Assembly (NCBI GenBank): GCA_023132875.1
Contig: JAGLXN010000007.1
Location: 1,262-65,261, forward strand
Source: Candidatus Parcubacteria bacterium
GTDB taxonomy: Bacteria > Patescibacteriota > Minisyncoccia > JAHIHE01 > JAGLIN01
Direction: 5' to 3'
DNA: 64,000 nt
Shown: positions 40,380-51,834 of the stretch, one piece after another
How the letters are laid out: each line of letters opens with the position of its first letter
Position numbering within the stretch: the first letter of the stretch is position 1
Made by a program: the position numbers and the translations under genes
The notes under the pieces: generated by a model
What the model saw: the letters and a program-made list of their open reading frames with translations, nothing else
Databases searched by the model: none
What the model was told of the DNA's origin: nothing

Positions 40380-41588
40380 CTATTTGTCTTTTTTCATTTT
40401 TTTTCTGATAAACGCCGGAACATCATATTCATCACCAGCATCTATAGAATTTATTTTTGATGAAAATATATTATCATCTCGTTTGATCTCAGAATTAATT
40501 TCCTTAAACTCTCTTTTACTTGTTTCTTTTGGTTTAGTTTCTTCGTCATTACTATCTTCTTCTTTTTTTAATATATTTTCTAAATCATTTATTCTCCCAA
40601 TATTATCGCTTACAGAATCTTTTTTATTAGACTGTCCTTCAAAACCAGTTGCGATTACCGTAACCTTAATATCTCCCTTTTTTAAATTTTCATCTGTAAT
40701 AGCGCCAAATATAACTTTTGCCTCATCGTCAATAAATTCCGTTATAACATTCGCGGCCTCGCTTACTTCCATCATTGTTAAATCAGCTCCGCCACTAACA
40801 TTAAACAAAACACCATTTGCGCCGTCGATAGACAATTCTAAGAGAGGGCTATTAATTGCTTGCTTGGCCGCTTCAGCCGCCCTATTCTCACCAGACGCTT
40901 TTCCAATGCCCATCAATGAAGAACCTGTATTTTGCATAATAGATTTCACATCGGCAAAATCCACATTTACAATTCCTGGAAGAGTTATTAAATCTGAAAT
41001 TCCCTGTACGCCTTGCCTTAATATATCATCCGCGATTTTAAACGAATCCAGCAATAAAGTTTTCTTTTCTATTACCTGAAGTATTTTATCATTGGGAATA
41101 GTTATAATTGTATCAACTTGATTCCTTAAATTCTCCAGACCCTCTTCGGCAATTCTCCTTCTTTGAATTCCTTCAAACATAAATGGCTTGGTTACAACCG
41201 CGACAGTAAGAGCACCAGCTTCCTTAGCGGCTTCTGCAATAATTGGCGCGGCTCCAGTCCCCGTTCCTCCTCCGAGTCCGCAAGTTATAAAAACCATATC
41301 TGTATTCTTTAAAACATCCTGAATTTCATCTTTATTCTCTTCTGCCGCCTGTCTTCCTATATCAGCATTCATTCCAGCGCCAAGCCCTCTAGTTAAATTT
41401 TTCCCAATGTGGATTTTTTCCGTAGATCTGCAATGATGAAGATCTTGAGAATCCGTATTTATGCCAATAAACTCAACCCCGCTCAATCCCTCTTCAATCA
41501 TTCTGCTTATAACATGATTACCGCTACCGCCAACGCCAACTACCTTAATCCTGGCAAATGTCTCAAATTCCGGTTTAATTTCTTTCAT
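40380..41588 (-). CDS. ftsZ: cell division protein FtsZ
   Basis: [16 protein letters not shown]-terminal DVPAFIR. Confidence 0.98.
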   Translation of the reverse strand: MKEIKPEFETFARIKVVGVGGSGNHVISRMIEEGLSGVEFIGINTDSQDLHHCRSTEKIHIGKNLTRGLGAGMNADIGRQAAEENKDEIQDVLKNTDMVFITCGLGGGTGTGAAPIIAEAAKEAGALTVAVVTKPFMFEGIQRRRIAEEGLENLRNQVDTIITIPNDKILQVIEKKTLLLDSFKIADDILRQGVQGISDLITLPGIVNVDFADVKSIMQNTGSSLMGIGKASGENRAAEAAKQAINSPLLELSIDGANGVLFNVSGGADLTMMEVSEAANVITEFIDDEAKVIFGAITDENLKKGDIKVTVIATGFEGQSNKKDSVSDNIGRINDLENILKKEEDSNDEETKPKETSKREFKEINSEIKRDDNIFSSKINSIDAGDEYDVPAFIRKKMKKDK

Positions 41589-41720
41589 ATATTTAAATTT
41601 TAGATTGTTATACTATTATATTGCTAAATTGTTACATTGCTATACTGCTATAATAGCTTTTTTTGAAAATTTAGGCAAATCTATTTGGAATTATGAATCA
41701 GGAGTTATGAATTAAAAATA

Positions 41721-42025
41721 TTATAATTTCTTTTCCATCAAAACAGAAGTTTTCTTATCTTGTATTATTTTATATCCTAATCTTTGATATAATTTTTTAG
41801 CTGGATTACTTTTAAAAACAGTAAGTTGAATTTTACTTATATTTTTTTGAAACGCTTTTTTTTTCAATTAATTTCATTAAATAAGTTCCTACTCCTTTGC
41901 CCTTCATTAATCCAGAAACTTGCATATTCTCAAAATAAAAAAGTTTGGGTTCTGTAGCAAAATTGGTAATCTTGCAACATTGCTTTCCGAATAGTTAAAT
42001 TTAATTTGCCAACTTTTATTTTCAT
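41721..42025 (-). pseudogene. GNAT acetyltransferase pseudogene
   Basis: MKIKVGKLNLTIRKAMLQDY...KGKGVGTYLMK, frameshift in an A-run, then QLTVFKSNPAKKLYQRLGY. Confidence 0.7.
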
Positions 42026-42309
42026 AATTAAACTATATTATCTTCCTTCTCGCCAAATCTGGAATAATTTTATTTTTCACAATCGGAGAAATCTCCACCA
42101 AATCACTCATATTTTTTGCACATCCTATCTAATGTTTTACTTATTGAGTCCAGTTTTTTAATAAAACCCCTAAATTGATCTCTTAAATCTATTAAAATAG
42201 CTAAAACTTCCTCTTCGGTATATTTTTTCTTTTGCTTTATTATCTTTCTCATCTCTAAAAATAAAACTAATTTAAAAAATGCTTAATACTTACTACTAAC
42301 TACCTCTTC

Positions 42310-43563
42310 TTACGGCAAAAAAGTTTTAAAAATCTTTCTCACTTTTTGCCCAACTCCGCCCAACGATGGCAGTTTAAATTTTCCGCCGCTAGAGGAAAAA
42401 ACTCCGTTTTCATCAGCTTCCCACATAATAAGCCCCATCACCGTAGCAAATGAAGGATCATCAACCCTATCAATTATTCCATTTAACTCAATAGGAAAAC
42501 CGACTTGCGCCGGCAGTCTAAGAGTTTCTTTCGCCATAGCAACAATTCCAGGCATTTTAGCGCCGCCACCGGTTATAACAGCTCCTGCCGGAAGCATGCC
42601 GCTTCTGTCAATTTTTTTAAGCTCTTTGTCTACCATTACAAATATTTCTTCAACTCTCGCTTCAATAATTTCTGCAATATACTTTCTGGTAAAAACTCCT
42701 TCTTCGTTTTTGTCAATCTGAGAAAGATCTATCTTATCTTTCTTGCTTATTTCCGCGGTAAGCACTGTACCGTACTCAAGTTTTATTTTTTCAGCAACAT
42801 CGATTGAGGTTCTGAGCCCTATAGCAATGTCATTCGTAATATGTCCTGCTCCGATCGGAATAACAGTTGAATGCAATATATTACCATCTTCAAAAACAGA
42901 AATTCCAGTCGTGCCTTTTCCAATATCAATTACAACCACGCCTAATTCTCTTTGGCGCTTTAACAAAACCGCTTTCGCGGCGGCAAGAGGAGAAAAAACC
43001 AAATCATCTATATCAATTCCGCAGCGCTGTATGCATTTATATAAATTTTTTATAAATGGAACTGACCCTTCGACCACTAAGGCATTTACTTCTAACCGCA
43101 CGCCATTCATTCCTATTGGATCTTTTATTTGTTCTTGTCCGTCAATCGTATAACTGCACGGAATCACATCAATTATTTCCTTATTATTTGGCATTGATAT
43201 TGCTTGTGAAGCAATAATAACTCTGTTTATGTCTTCCTCACTGATTTCTCCATCTGCCCTTGAAACAGCAACAACGCCTTTGGAAAATTGAGAACATATA
43301 TGATTTCCATTTATACTCACGAACGCATGTTCAACTGGGATTCCTGCTGTTCTTTCTGCTAATTCCTTTGATTTAGTTATTGCATTGATAGTTTCTTCAA
43401 TATCAACAACAACTCCATTATTAATCCCAAATGAAGGAGCCGTTCCAACTCCTAAAATTAGAGGCTTTGACTCTTCTCCCTGTTTCTGAGAAATAACAGT
43501 TCGAACAGCGCTAGCCCCAATATCAATTCCTATTAAAATATCTCCTCTTGACATAGAATTCAT
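42310..43563 (-). CDS. ftsA: cell division protein FtsA
   Basis: GIDIG, DIGKGTT, ITNDIA, TGGGA; upstream of ftsZ. Confidence 0.96.
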   Translation of the reverse strand: MNSMSRGDILIGIDIGASAVRTVISQKQGEESKPLILGVGTAPSFGINNGVVVDIEETINAITKSKELAERTAGIPVEHAFVSINGNHICSQFSKGVVAVSRADGEISEEDINRVIIASQAISMPNNKEIIDVIPCSYTIDGQEQIKDPIGMNGVRLEVNALVVEGSVPFIKNLYKCIQRCGIDIDDLVFSPLAAAKAVLLKRQRELGVVVIDIGKGTTGISVFEDGNILHSTVIPIGAGHITNDIAIGLRTSIDVAEKIKLEYGTVLTAEISKKDKIDLSQIDKNEEGVFTRKYIAEIIEARVEEIFVMVDKELKKIDRSGMLPAGAVITGGGAKMPGIVAMAKETLRLPAQVGFPIELNGIIDRVDDPSFATVMGLIMWEADENGVFSSSGGKFKLPSLGGVGQKVRKIFKTFLP

Positions 43564-43777
43564 CTTAACATTTTAACATATTAACATTTTAACATAATTT
43601 ACACTAAAATTTCTGCCAAATATTTTGACGAATTATAATATTACTAAACTATCTAAATATCTTTACATTTTATACTTTCAAAAAGCCAAACAAAAAATCT
43701 TGTTAAAATGTTAAAATGTTAAAATGTTAGCATGATACTTATATTATAATACATTTTTAAAAAATAAAAAAGCCCTT

Positions 43778-44155
43778 TTAAAAACATTGTGTAATACTCT
43801 TAAAATGAGGCCAAAAAATCAATAAACCAACAAAAAAGGCTCCTAGAGATGCCGCTAGAACTGCCGAAGCCATCATATCTTTTACTGTCTTTGCGTAAGG
43901 ATGAACTCTTGGCTGTAAAATATCCATAATTCTCTCAAAGATTGAATTAATAATTTCCAATACTAAAACAAGAGTAACCATCATAATTAAAACAACTATT
44001 TCCCATATCTTAAGATCAAACAATAATATTAAAATAAAAACAGTAATAGAAAATACAATCTGGATTTTAAAATTTTGTTCCCGAAAAACACACTTAAATC
44101 CCCTGATTGCGTGCGAAAAACTTCTGGCAAGTTTTTTAAAACTAAATACTGTCAT
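43778..44155 (-). CDS. dgkA: diacylglycerol/undecaprenol kinase (DgkA family)
   Basis: SFSHAIRG, EQNF, EIINSIFE, KDMMAS. Confidence 0.88.
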   Translation of the reverse strand: MTVFSFKKLARSFSHAIRGFKCVFREQNFKIQIVFSITVFILILLFDLKIWEIVVLIMMVTLVLVLEIINSIFERIMDILQPRVHPYAKTVKDMMASAVLAASLGAFFVGLLIFWPHFKSITQCF

Positions 44156-44281
44156 ACATATTAAATTGTTAAACTGCCAAATTGTTAAACTGCCATGCCA
44201 TATATAACAATACAGTAATTTAACAATGTAGCAATGTGATTTTTATTAAAAACGCCAATCCATAAATTTCCAAATAAAAAT

Positions 44282-44710
44282 CTACAAAACTGTTAATATC
44301 TTTTTTTCTAAAATCTTCATCTCCGAATTTTCATAATTCCCCTTATGATCATATCCTAACAAATGCAAAATTCCATGAATTAATAAAATTGCCAATTCTT
44401 TTTTTGTTAAATGCTTTTTCTGTTTCGCTTGCCTAACAGCCTGTGGATAACAAATAAAAACCTCGCCTAAATAAATAATCTTATCAGGCAAACCCACAAA
44501 CTCTTCATTCCCAAAAGACAACACATCTGTTATTTTGTCTATCTTCCGATATTTCTTATTTAAAGATTTTATTCTTTTCTCTCCAGTTATCACCAAACTT
44601 ATTTCCACTGGTTTTTTAAATTTAGCGACCTCCAAAGTTCTCTCAGCGATTTCATTTAGATATTTTTGATTGAGTTTATTTTTGGTAAAGTTTTTAATTG
44701 GAAGAGACAT
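44282..44710 (-). CDS. ybeY: rRNA maturation RNase YbeY
   Basis: TDVLSF, HGILHLLGYDH. Confidence 0.96.
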   Translation of the reverse strand: MSLPIKNFTKNKLNQKYLNEIAERTLEVAKFKKPVEISLVITGEKRIKSLNKKYRKIDKITDVLSFGNEEFVGLPDKIIYLGEVFICYPQAVRQAKQKKHLTKKELAILLIHGILHLLGYDHKGNYENSEMKILEKKILTVL

Positions 44711-44725
44711 AAATTAATAACTATA

Positions 44726-45196
44726 CTATTGAATCTCTATTTTTTTTGACATATAAACATCATGATGATTTTGATGTTGTTTAACTTTATCTATTTTATA
44801 TCCAAATTTTTTATAATATTCAGGTATTTTTTTCTCTTGAGCACAATCAAGTTTTATTTTAGCTATCCCCTTTTTCTTAGCTATTACTTCAACTTGTTTT
44901 ATCAGTGATGTGCCAATACCTTTATTTCTATGTGTTTTCAAAACTGCTAACTTATAAAAATATAAACTATTTTTTTCAAAAAATTTATATCTGACAGCGC
45001 CAACTATTCTATCATTAAAAATAGCAACAATTATAAAAACTTCTTTTTTAGAAAAACTACTTTTAATATTATCAGGCTCGTATGATTTGGTAATTAATGT
45101 ATCTTCTTTGTAGGGAATTTTATAAGCAAGCTTGGTAATATATTTTATTCTAAGTAGCTCATTTAATTTAGCATGTCTAATTGAAAATTTTATCAT
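44726..45196 (-). CDS. GNAT family N-acetyltransferase
   Basis: LAVLKTHRNKGIG, YYKKFGY. Confidence 0.88.
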   Translation of the reverse strand: MIKFSIRHAKLNELLRIKYITKLAYKIPYKEDTLITKSYEPDNIKSSFSKKEVFIIVAIFNDRIVGAVRYKFFEKNSLYFYKLAVLKTHRNKGIGTSLIKQVEVIAKKKGIAKIKLDCAQEKKIPEYYKKFGYKIDKVKQHQNHHDVYMSKKIEIQ

Positions 45197-45243
45197 TGAA
45201 AATCAATTACCAACCCAAGGCTGGTCCGCCTCAGGCGGAAAAA

Positions 45244-45687
45244 TCATTTTAACTTTTCCTTCACAATCCTCCCAACCAAACCCCCATCCGCCTTATTCCC
45301 AACTTCCTTCATAACCACTCCCATTACTCTACCAAAATCAGAAGCGCCAACCGCTTCTGATTTACTAATAACATCAATAACTATTTTTCTTATTTCATCC
45401 TCACTCATCTGCTCTGGCACATATTTTTCCAAAATTTTCAGCTCCTTTTCTTCTTGAATAACTAAATCTTCACGATTGCCTTTTTTATATTGTTCAATTG
45501 AATCTTTATGACTCTTGATATTTTTTTTAATAATTTTTACAATATCATCATCTAACAGCTCCTTCTTGCTGTCTATTTCTAAATTCTTAAAATCAGAATT
45601 TAGCACCCTTAAAACACCGCGAGTTATGTTATCACCGCTTTTCATCGCGTCCTTGAGATCGTTCTTAATTTTACCTCTTAGATTCAT
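45244..45687 (-). CDS. GatB/YqeY domain protein
   Basis: DLKDAMKS, GRVMGVVM, KADG. Confidence 0.92.
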   Translation of the reverse strand: MNLRGKIKNDLKDAMKSGDNITRGVLRVLNSDFKNLEIDSKKELLDDDIVKIIKKNIKSHKDSIEQYKKGNREDLVIQEEKELKILEKYVPEQMSEDEIRKIVIDVISKSEAVGASDFGRVMGVVMKEVGNKADGGLVGRIVKEKLK

Positions 45688-45721
45688 TGCTTATTTTTAA
45701 TCATAAAGTAATGACCGCATA

Positions 45722-45964
45722 TTAATATCTTGATTGCGTTCTAAAATCTTCTTCAAGCTTTCCAAGTTTCCTGAGTTTTTCTTTCTCGCTTGTAATCTCT
45801 TTTCTTCTTAACGCGCTCTTTCTTCTTTCTGTCCTGCTTAGATTTTTGTCTTTAAATCTTGAACTTCTTGCCTGCAAAAGCAGTCCGCTTTGCTGAACTT
45901 TTTTTGAAAAGCGCCTCAAAAGGCTTCCAATGCTTTCATTGTCTTTTTTCTTTACTTCTATCAT
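45722..45964 (-). CDS. rpsU: 30S ribosomal protein S21
   Basis: EVKKKDNESIGSLLRRFSKKVQQSG; adjacent to yqeY. Confidence 0.85.
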   Translation of the reverse strand: MIEVKKKDNESIGSLLRRFSKKVQQSGLLLQARSSRFKDKNLSRTERRKSALRRKEITSEKEKLRKLGKLEEDFRTQSRY

Positions 45965-46166
45965 TTTTTCACCTCTAACTTTCTATTAAATTTAAGTTTA
46001 AATTAAAAAAACTAGCTGAAACTAGTATAACACAGAATCAAGATTTGACAAGCAGGCTTTCCTACATTTTGGTATCATCTTACAATTGGAAAATACTGCA
46101 AAAAGTAATGTGTAACGCAAAACGTATAACAATCTTATATCATAATTTTACGTTACACGTTACACG

Positions 46167-46496
46167 TTATACGTTATATGCTCCTCCTAAAAGATGTAAA
46201 TGAATATGATCCACTTCTTGCCCGCCTCCTTTTCCAACTCTTATAAGAAGCCTATATCCCTTATTTGAAATTTCTAAATCTTCGGCAATTTTTTTAGCGG
46301 CCATTATCAATTTCCCCATCAGCAAAACATCATTGTCATTCGCGTCAACAATAGATATAATGTGTTTTTTAGGAATCACAAGCACATGTACTGGAGCAAT
46401 TGGTTTTACATCCTTAAATGCAATTACATCTTCATTTTCAAAAACAATATCAGCAGGAATTTCTTTTTTTATAATTTTACAGAAAATACAAGCCAT
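46167..46496 (-). CDS. HIT family nucleotide-binding protein
   Basis: CIFCKI, HVLVIPKKH, HIHLH. Confidence 0.93.
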   Translation of the reverse strand: MACIFCKIIKKEIPADIVFENEDVIAFKDVKPIAPVHVLVIPKKHIISIVDANDNDVLLMGKLIMAAKKIAEDLEISNKGYRLLIRVGKGGGQEVDHIHLHLLGGAYNV

Positions 46497-46701
46497 AATT
46501 TTAAGGTTTATGTATTTCAATTATTTTAAACTTAATTTTACAATTAACTTTTCTAAGTAATCTCTCAAATTGTTACATTGTTCTATTGCTAAATTGTTAT
46601 GCATAGCATAGCAATCCAATAACTGCAATATGATAATGTAATCTTACTGAATATATGCCGTGCATAACAATTTGACAATTTAGCAATTTAGCAATTTATT
46701 T

Positions 46702-48027
46702 TTATTTCTTTAATCTCTTCTTAACTTCCGCAACAACACTTTCCATCACAACAACTTCCTGCATCCCGCTCTCCATATCTCTAATAATAACAGTGTTATC
46801 TATCGCTTCCTTTTGTCCGATAATCAAGGCAATTTTCGAATTCGATCTATTTGCCATTCTTAGTTGAGATTTTATACTGCCGCGTCCAAGAGATTCACCA
46901 ACTATAATATTATTATCTATTAGATTATCAAAAAGCTTTAAAATCTTTTTTCTTGCCATATTTCCCAATTGCACAAGAAAAACATCTTTATTTATTTTTC
47001 GCTCCAAATGAAATCCATTTTGCAATAAACGCTCTACCGCTCTTTCAACTCCAAATGAAAATCCAATAGCGAAAGTATCCTCTCCTCCCAAAATTTGGAC
47101 GAGATCGTCATATCTTCCTCCGCCGCCTAATGAAGATTGCGCACCCTCAGCATTGCTTTCCCATACCTCAAAAACAGTTTTTGTATAATAATCAAGACCG
47201 CGAACAAGGCTAGAGTTCAAAACATAAGAAATTTCAAGTTCGTCCAAAAACTCCAGAACATTTTTGAAGTGATCATGGCACTCTTCGCAAAGATGATCAA
47301 TAATTTGCGGAGCCGCTGAAGCAACCTGCATACATTTCTCTTCTTTGCAGTCCAAAAGACGCAATGGATTATCAGTTAATCTTCTTTTACAGTCCATACA
47401 TAATTTATTTATTTTCATTTCATAATAATCAGTCAAAAGCTTTTTGTAGGCTGGCCGGCATTCACTGCAACCAATGCTATTAATTTGAATAGTTGTGTTT
47501 TTTATACCAATCTTCTGAAAAATTTTCCATGCTAAATATATGATCTGCGCGTCAATTGCGGGACACTCATCTCCGAAAATTTCAAAGCCAAACTGATGAT
47601 GCTGCCTATATCTCCCTGCTTGCGGCTTTTCATAGCGAAACATCGGGCCTTCATAATAAAGCTTTACTGGCTGAGACCATTTACTCATTCCATTTTCAAT
47701 ATAAGCTCTGACAACACCGGCAGTTCCTTCCGGCCGCAAAGAAACCTTATCACCTCCTCGTGTTTCAAAAGAAAACATTTCTTTTTCTACTATATCAGTA
47801 ATTTGCCCTACGCCTCTATGAAACAATTCAGTGTGCTCTAAAATAGGAGTTTCAATCCTCCCAAATCCAAAATCGCCGCACAATTTCCTGCCGTTTTCTA
47901 ACACGTGATTCCAGATAAGCTGTTCTGGCGGTAAAATATCTTTCATGCCCTTAATCGTTTGAATCGGAGTCAATTTTTTTCTTCTTCTTTTTATTTCTTT
48001 TTTATCCTGTTTTTTTACTCGAGGCAT
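46702..48027 (-). CDS. hisS: histidine--tRNA ligase
   Basis: LRPEGTA, FRYEKPQAGRYRQ, LVRGLDYY, GGGRYD. Confidence 0.97.
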   Translation of the reverse strand: MPRVKKQDKKEIKRRRKKLTPIQTIKGMKDILPPEQLIWNHVLENGRKLCGDFGFGRIETPILEHTELFHRGVGQITDIVEKEMFSFETRGGDKVSLRPEGTAGVVRAYIENGMSKWSQPVKLYYEGPMFRYEKPQAGRYRQHHQFGFEIFGDECPAIDAQIIYLAWKIFQKIGIKNTTIQINSIGCSECRPAYKKLLTDYYEMKINKLCMDCKRRLTDNPLRLLDCKEEKCMQVASAAPQIIDHLCEECHDHFKNVLEFLDELEISYVLNSSLVRGLDYYTKTVFEVWESNAEGAQSSLGGGGRYDDLVQILGGEDTFAIGFSFGVERAVERLLQNGFHLERKINKDVFLVQLGNMARKKILKLFDNLIDNNIIVGESLGRGSIKSQLRMANRSNSKIALIIGQKEAIDNTVIIRDMESGMQEVVVMESVVAEVKKRLKK

Positions 48028-48202
48028 AATTTTAAGTTGAAAGTTTATAAAGTTTGTAAAGTCAAAAGTTTGGTCCAATTTTAATCCTAACTAATATAGT
48101 TTTAATTTCTAATTTCTAATTTTCATTAAATTTTCAATAAAACAATTTCTAAATAATTAATCTAAATAATTTATTAAAAATTCAGACATTAGAAATTGAA
48201 AA

Positions 48203-48742
48203 TTACGAGCTGATAAGGCTTTCTGTAAACTCATCTATTTTCTGTATGCTTTCGGGATCGTTTTCAATATCTTGAGGACCCTCTCCAACCAAATACAAAT
48301 CGCCAATAAGAGACATTTCTGTCCAATCAACCGCTAACTCAATGCTTTTAATTGAATTTTTAATTGTATTTGGCTTATCAGTTCCGCCAACAACTACCGC
48401 CACTACTTTTTTATTCCTTAACTTTTTATTCGTGTAGAATGGATTAAGCCTATCAATAAAATTCTTCATCATTCCGGAAACATTACTAAAATAATTCGGA
48501 CTGCCAAGAATTATAAGATCGGCTTCTTTAAGCTTGGGATATATTATCTGCATATCATCTCTTATATTACACTCACCGGTAAAATCACAATTTAAACACC
48601 CATTACAAAATTCAATTCTTTTCTCCCGCAATAAAACAAGCTCTGTTCTTGCTCCTAATTCTTCAGCTTTAGTTAAAATTCTTTTCAAAATAAACTCGGT
48701 GTTTCCTCTGCGAGGGCTCCCGCAGATAGCAACAATTTTCAT
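48203..48742 (-). CDS. flavodoxin-family / iron-sulfur flavoprotein
   Basis: GSPRRGNT, CNGCLNC..C, GSPNYF. Confidence 0.88.
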   Translation of the reverse strand: MKIVAICGSPRRGNTEFILKRILTKAEELGARTELVLLREKRIEFCNGCLNCDFTGECNIRDDMQIIYPKLKEADLIILGSPNYFSNVSGMMKNFIDRLNPFYTNKKLRNKKVVAVVVGGTDKPNTIKNSIKSIELAVDWTEMSLIGDLYLVGEGPQDIENDPESIQKIDEFTESLISS

Positions 48743-48838
48743 AGATTTGAATTTAGAATTTAGAATTTAGAATCTGGAGTTAGTGCTTCAGTACGAATTC
48801 ATATCCATTTTTTCACATTAAAGAGGCTGCCCTAAATT

Positions 48839-49450
48839 CTAGATTCTATATTCCACTCCCTCAAATACGGAAAAATCTCCAAATGGCCATGCTCTAATCC
48901 ATGCACGGCCTACAATAAAATGCTCTCCAAGAACTCCCCAGACGCGGGAATCCGCACTGGCTGTTCTGTTGTCTCCTAAAACATAATATTCATCGTTTTT
49001 TAATTCTTTGACATAACTTCCGGTTGTTTGCATTTCGGATGAAATATATGTTTCGTCAAGCTTGAAACCGCTTGGATTTTCAGCGTTAAATATGGTTATT
49101 CTATTATTCATAATTTCTACTTTTTCTCCCGGGAGAGCAATTATTCTCTTTATATAAAATTCTTTTGGATTATTTGGATAATGGAAAATAATGACATCGC
49201 CGCGCTTTGGATCTTCAAATCTATAGCTAAGTTCATCAATTATCAAATAATCACCGTCATGAAAATTAGGCTCCATACTTTTCCCGCTAACAAAAAACGG
49301 CTGCATAACAAAAGACCTAATCCCAACAATAACAATCAAGCTTATAATCACCACTTTTATTGTTTCAAAAGAAAAATCTTTTAACTCCGAAGTAAATGAT
49401 CTATTATTATTTTTCGAATCGCTGTTTTCTATGATATTATTTTCTGACAT
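48839..49450 (-). CDS. lepB: signal peptidase I
   Basis: SGKSMEP, YIKRII, GDNRTASADSR. Confidence 0.96.
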   Translation of the reverse strand: MSENNIIENSDSKNNNRSFTSELKDFSFETIKVVIISLIVIVGIRSFVMQPFFVSGKSMEPNFHDGDYLIIDELSYRFEDPKRGDVIIFHYPNNPKEFYIKRIIALPGEKVEIMNNRITIFNAENPSGFKLDETYISSEMQTTGSYVKELKNDEYYVLGDNRTASADSRVWGVLGEHFIVGRAWIRAWPFGDFSVFEGVEYRI

Positions 49451-49894
49451 TTATTTACTAAAATTAAATTTAAAATTCTCAGCAATAACTTCAGAATACA
49501 ACTTTTAGAGTTATAAGTCAACATTATACATTAAATCATAATTTGTCATTCTGAAACAAATTCAGAGCTTGTCCTGAATTTAGTTCAGGGATGACAGAAA
49601 TTTAATATTTTAAAAAATAGACATCACTAATTATTTATTATAAAATAAAATCAGAATTTATATATTTTAATTTATTTATACTGTTATAGAAGTATCCTAG
49701 ATTTTAATTTCATTAATAATAAAAATAAAAATCAATATATTGTCAAACTGTTAAATTGTTAAATTGTCACGCATTTTACTTGTCTTTGACAATTTGGCAA
49801 TTTAACAATAAAAAAACATTTATAAAACAATAAAAATTTAAATTAGGTACTTCGGTTTTATGCAAACCTTAATCAACAATCCATAAATATAATA

Positions 49895-51199
49895 ATGCTT
49901 AAACTAATTTTAAAATTATTTATATTTGCATTTCTAATTTTGGCAATTTTTGTTGCGGCTTTTTCCTACGAAATATTTTCAGCTGGACAAAAAATATTTT
50001 CAGCTGGACAAGAACAAAGTTCAATAATAAAGCAATTTGGAGAATTAGTTTTTAATCCAACAAAAGAGCTAAGAGGAGAAGAAAATAACAGAATTAATAT
50101 TCTATTTTTAGGAGTCGGAGGAGAGGGTCATAGCGGCGGCGAACTTACGGATACGATTATGATTGCCAGCATCAAACCGCAAGAAAAAGAAGCCGCTCTT
50201 CTTTCGTTTCCAAGAGATATGTATGTTCAGATACCAGAAACTAATATAAATACCAAAATAAACGCGATCAAAATTTTTGGAGACAGAAGCGCGGAAAAAA
50301 ATGGAATTGACTTGATAAAAAAAGTGGCAAACGAGATTTCAGGACTTGATATTCATTATTATATACAATTAGATTTTCAAGGATTTATAAAAATTATTGA
50401 TGACTTGGACGGCATAGATGTTTATTTGGAAACTGGCATAAACGATCCCACATATCCAAATTTTAACCGCGGATATGACCCTTTTTATATTGCGCAAGGA
50501 TGGCATCACTTAGATGGCGCGACTGCATTGAAGGTTGCCCGTTCAAGGCATAGTAAAATGGGAGATTTTGACCGTATCAAAAGACAGCAAGCCGTAATTA
50601 AATCCGCAAAACAAAAAATGTTTGAAAAATATACAAAGTTTGACATTATAGCTTTCAAAAATATATTGAATTCTTTGAGCGACAATATGAAAACAGATAT
50701 TCAACTCAAAGAACTTCCGCGATTTTATAAAATTGCGAAAGAAATAAAAAATCACAAAATTACCGCGCAAACCATAGACACAAAAACATATTTGAATCGC
50801 ACTCATGTAGGAATGGGATATACCTTACAAGCAAAAGATAGTAGTTATGAAAAAATAAAAAATCTGAGCGAAAATATATTTGACATTGAAATTTCACAAG
50901 AGAGAATGGAACTTATTCAAAAAGAAGACGCCAATATTGAAATCAAGAATGGCACCGGCACGCTGGATCTTGCAAACAAAGTAGCGCGAGATTTGGAAGA
51001 ATTAGGCTATAGAATTATAAATTCTACTAATATAGATCTGCCCGAATTTTCCGGTGTTCAGATTTATGATAATTCAGAAAATTTAAAACCGAACACTTTA
51101 GAATTTTTGAAAGAAAAGTTCAATGCTGTTATAATAGAGATGTCGGAAGATAATCTCAGTAAAGCAGATTTTGTGATTGTATTAGGAAAGGGATTTTAG
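49895..51199 (+). CDS. LCP (LytR-CpsA-Psr) family protein with LytR_C domain
   Basis: TDTIMI, SFPRD, KINA, RSRH..DFDRIKRQQ, NGTG, IVLGK. Confidence 0.92.
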   Translation: MLKLILKLFIFAFLILAIFVAAFSYEIFSAGQKIFSAGQEQSSIIKQFGELVFNPTKELRGEENNRINILFLGVGGEGHSGGELTDTIMIASIKPQEKEAALLSFPRDMYVQIPETNINTKINAIKIFGDRSAEKNGIDLIKKVANEISGLDIHYYIQLDFQGFIKIIDDLDGIDVYLETGINDPTYPNFNRGYDPFYIAQGWHHLDGATALKVARSRHSKMGDFDRIKRQQAVIKSAKQKMFEKYTKFDIIAFKNILNSLSDNMKTDIQLKELPRFYKIAKEIKNHKITAQTIDTKTYLNRTHVGMGYTLQAKDSSYEKIKNLSENIFDIEISQERMELIQKEDANIEIKNGTGTLDLANKVARDLEELGYRIINSTNIDLPEFSGVQIYDNSENLKPNTLEFLKEKFNAVIIEMSEDNLSKADFVIVLGKGF

Positions 51200-51288
51200 A
51201 TCGTATAACGCACAACGTATAACCTGTAACCAAAAAATTATAAACAAATTGCGTTACACGTTATACATTATACGTTACACTTAAACAT

Positions 51289-51834
51289 ATGAAATTAATT
51301 ATCGGTCTTGGAAATCCAGGCGAAAAATATGAAAAAACCAGGCATAATGCCGGGTTTTTGGCAGTGAATAAAATAGCAGATAATTTCCAGTTTCCAGTTT
51401 CTAGTTTCAATTCTAAATTTAACGCTGAAATTTCTGAAGGTATAATTAATAACGAAAAAACTATTTTAGTTAAGCCAATGACTTTTATGAATAATTCCGG
51501 TCAGACAGTCAAAGCTGTTTTGGATTATTATAAAATTAATCCGGAAGATATAATTGTCATTCACGACGATTTAGATATTCCAATTGGAGAATATAAAATC
51601 TCAAAAAACAAAAACTCCGGCGGACATAAGGGAGTCCGGTCAATTATTGATTACTTAGGAACAAAAGATTTCACAAGAACTAGGATTGGAATTGGAGTTC
51701 AGGATTTATCCTGTAAAATTCCAACAGAAAAGTTTGTGCTAGAAAAGTTCAGTGGAAAGGAAATGGGAATTGTTGAGGAGGTGATTGAAAAAATTGTTAA
51801 TATGGAAATTAGAAAACTAGAAATTGGAAATTGA
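51289..51834 (+). CDS. pth: peptidyl-tRNA hydrolase
   Basis: GLGNPG, TRHNAG, FMNNSG, HDDLD, GGHKG. Confidence 0.96.
   Translation: MKLIIGLGNPGEKYEKTRHNAGFLAVNKIADNFQFPVSSFNSKFNAEISEGIINNEKTILVKPMTFMNNSGQTVKAVLDYYKINPEDIIVIHDDLDIPIGEYKISKNKNSGGHKGVRSIIDYLGTKDFTRTRIGIGVQDLSCKIPTEKFVLEKFSGKEMGIVEEVIEKIVNMEIRKLEIGN

Noticed and set aside
40354-41079. 241-aa + strand ORF and similar antisense ORFs over fusA, smc, ftsA and the P-type ATPase
   Set aside because: Shadow frames opposite well-conserved genes.
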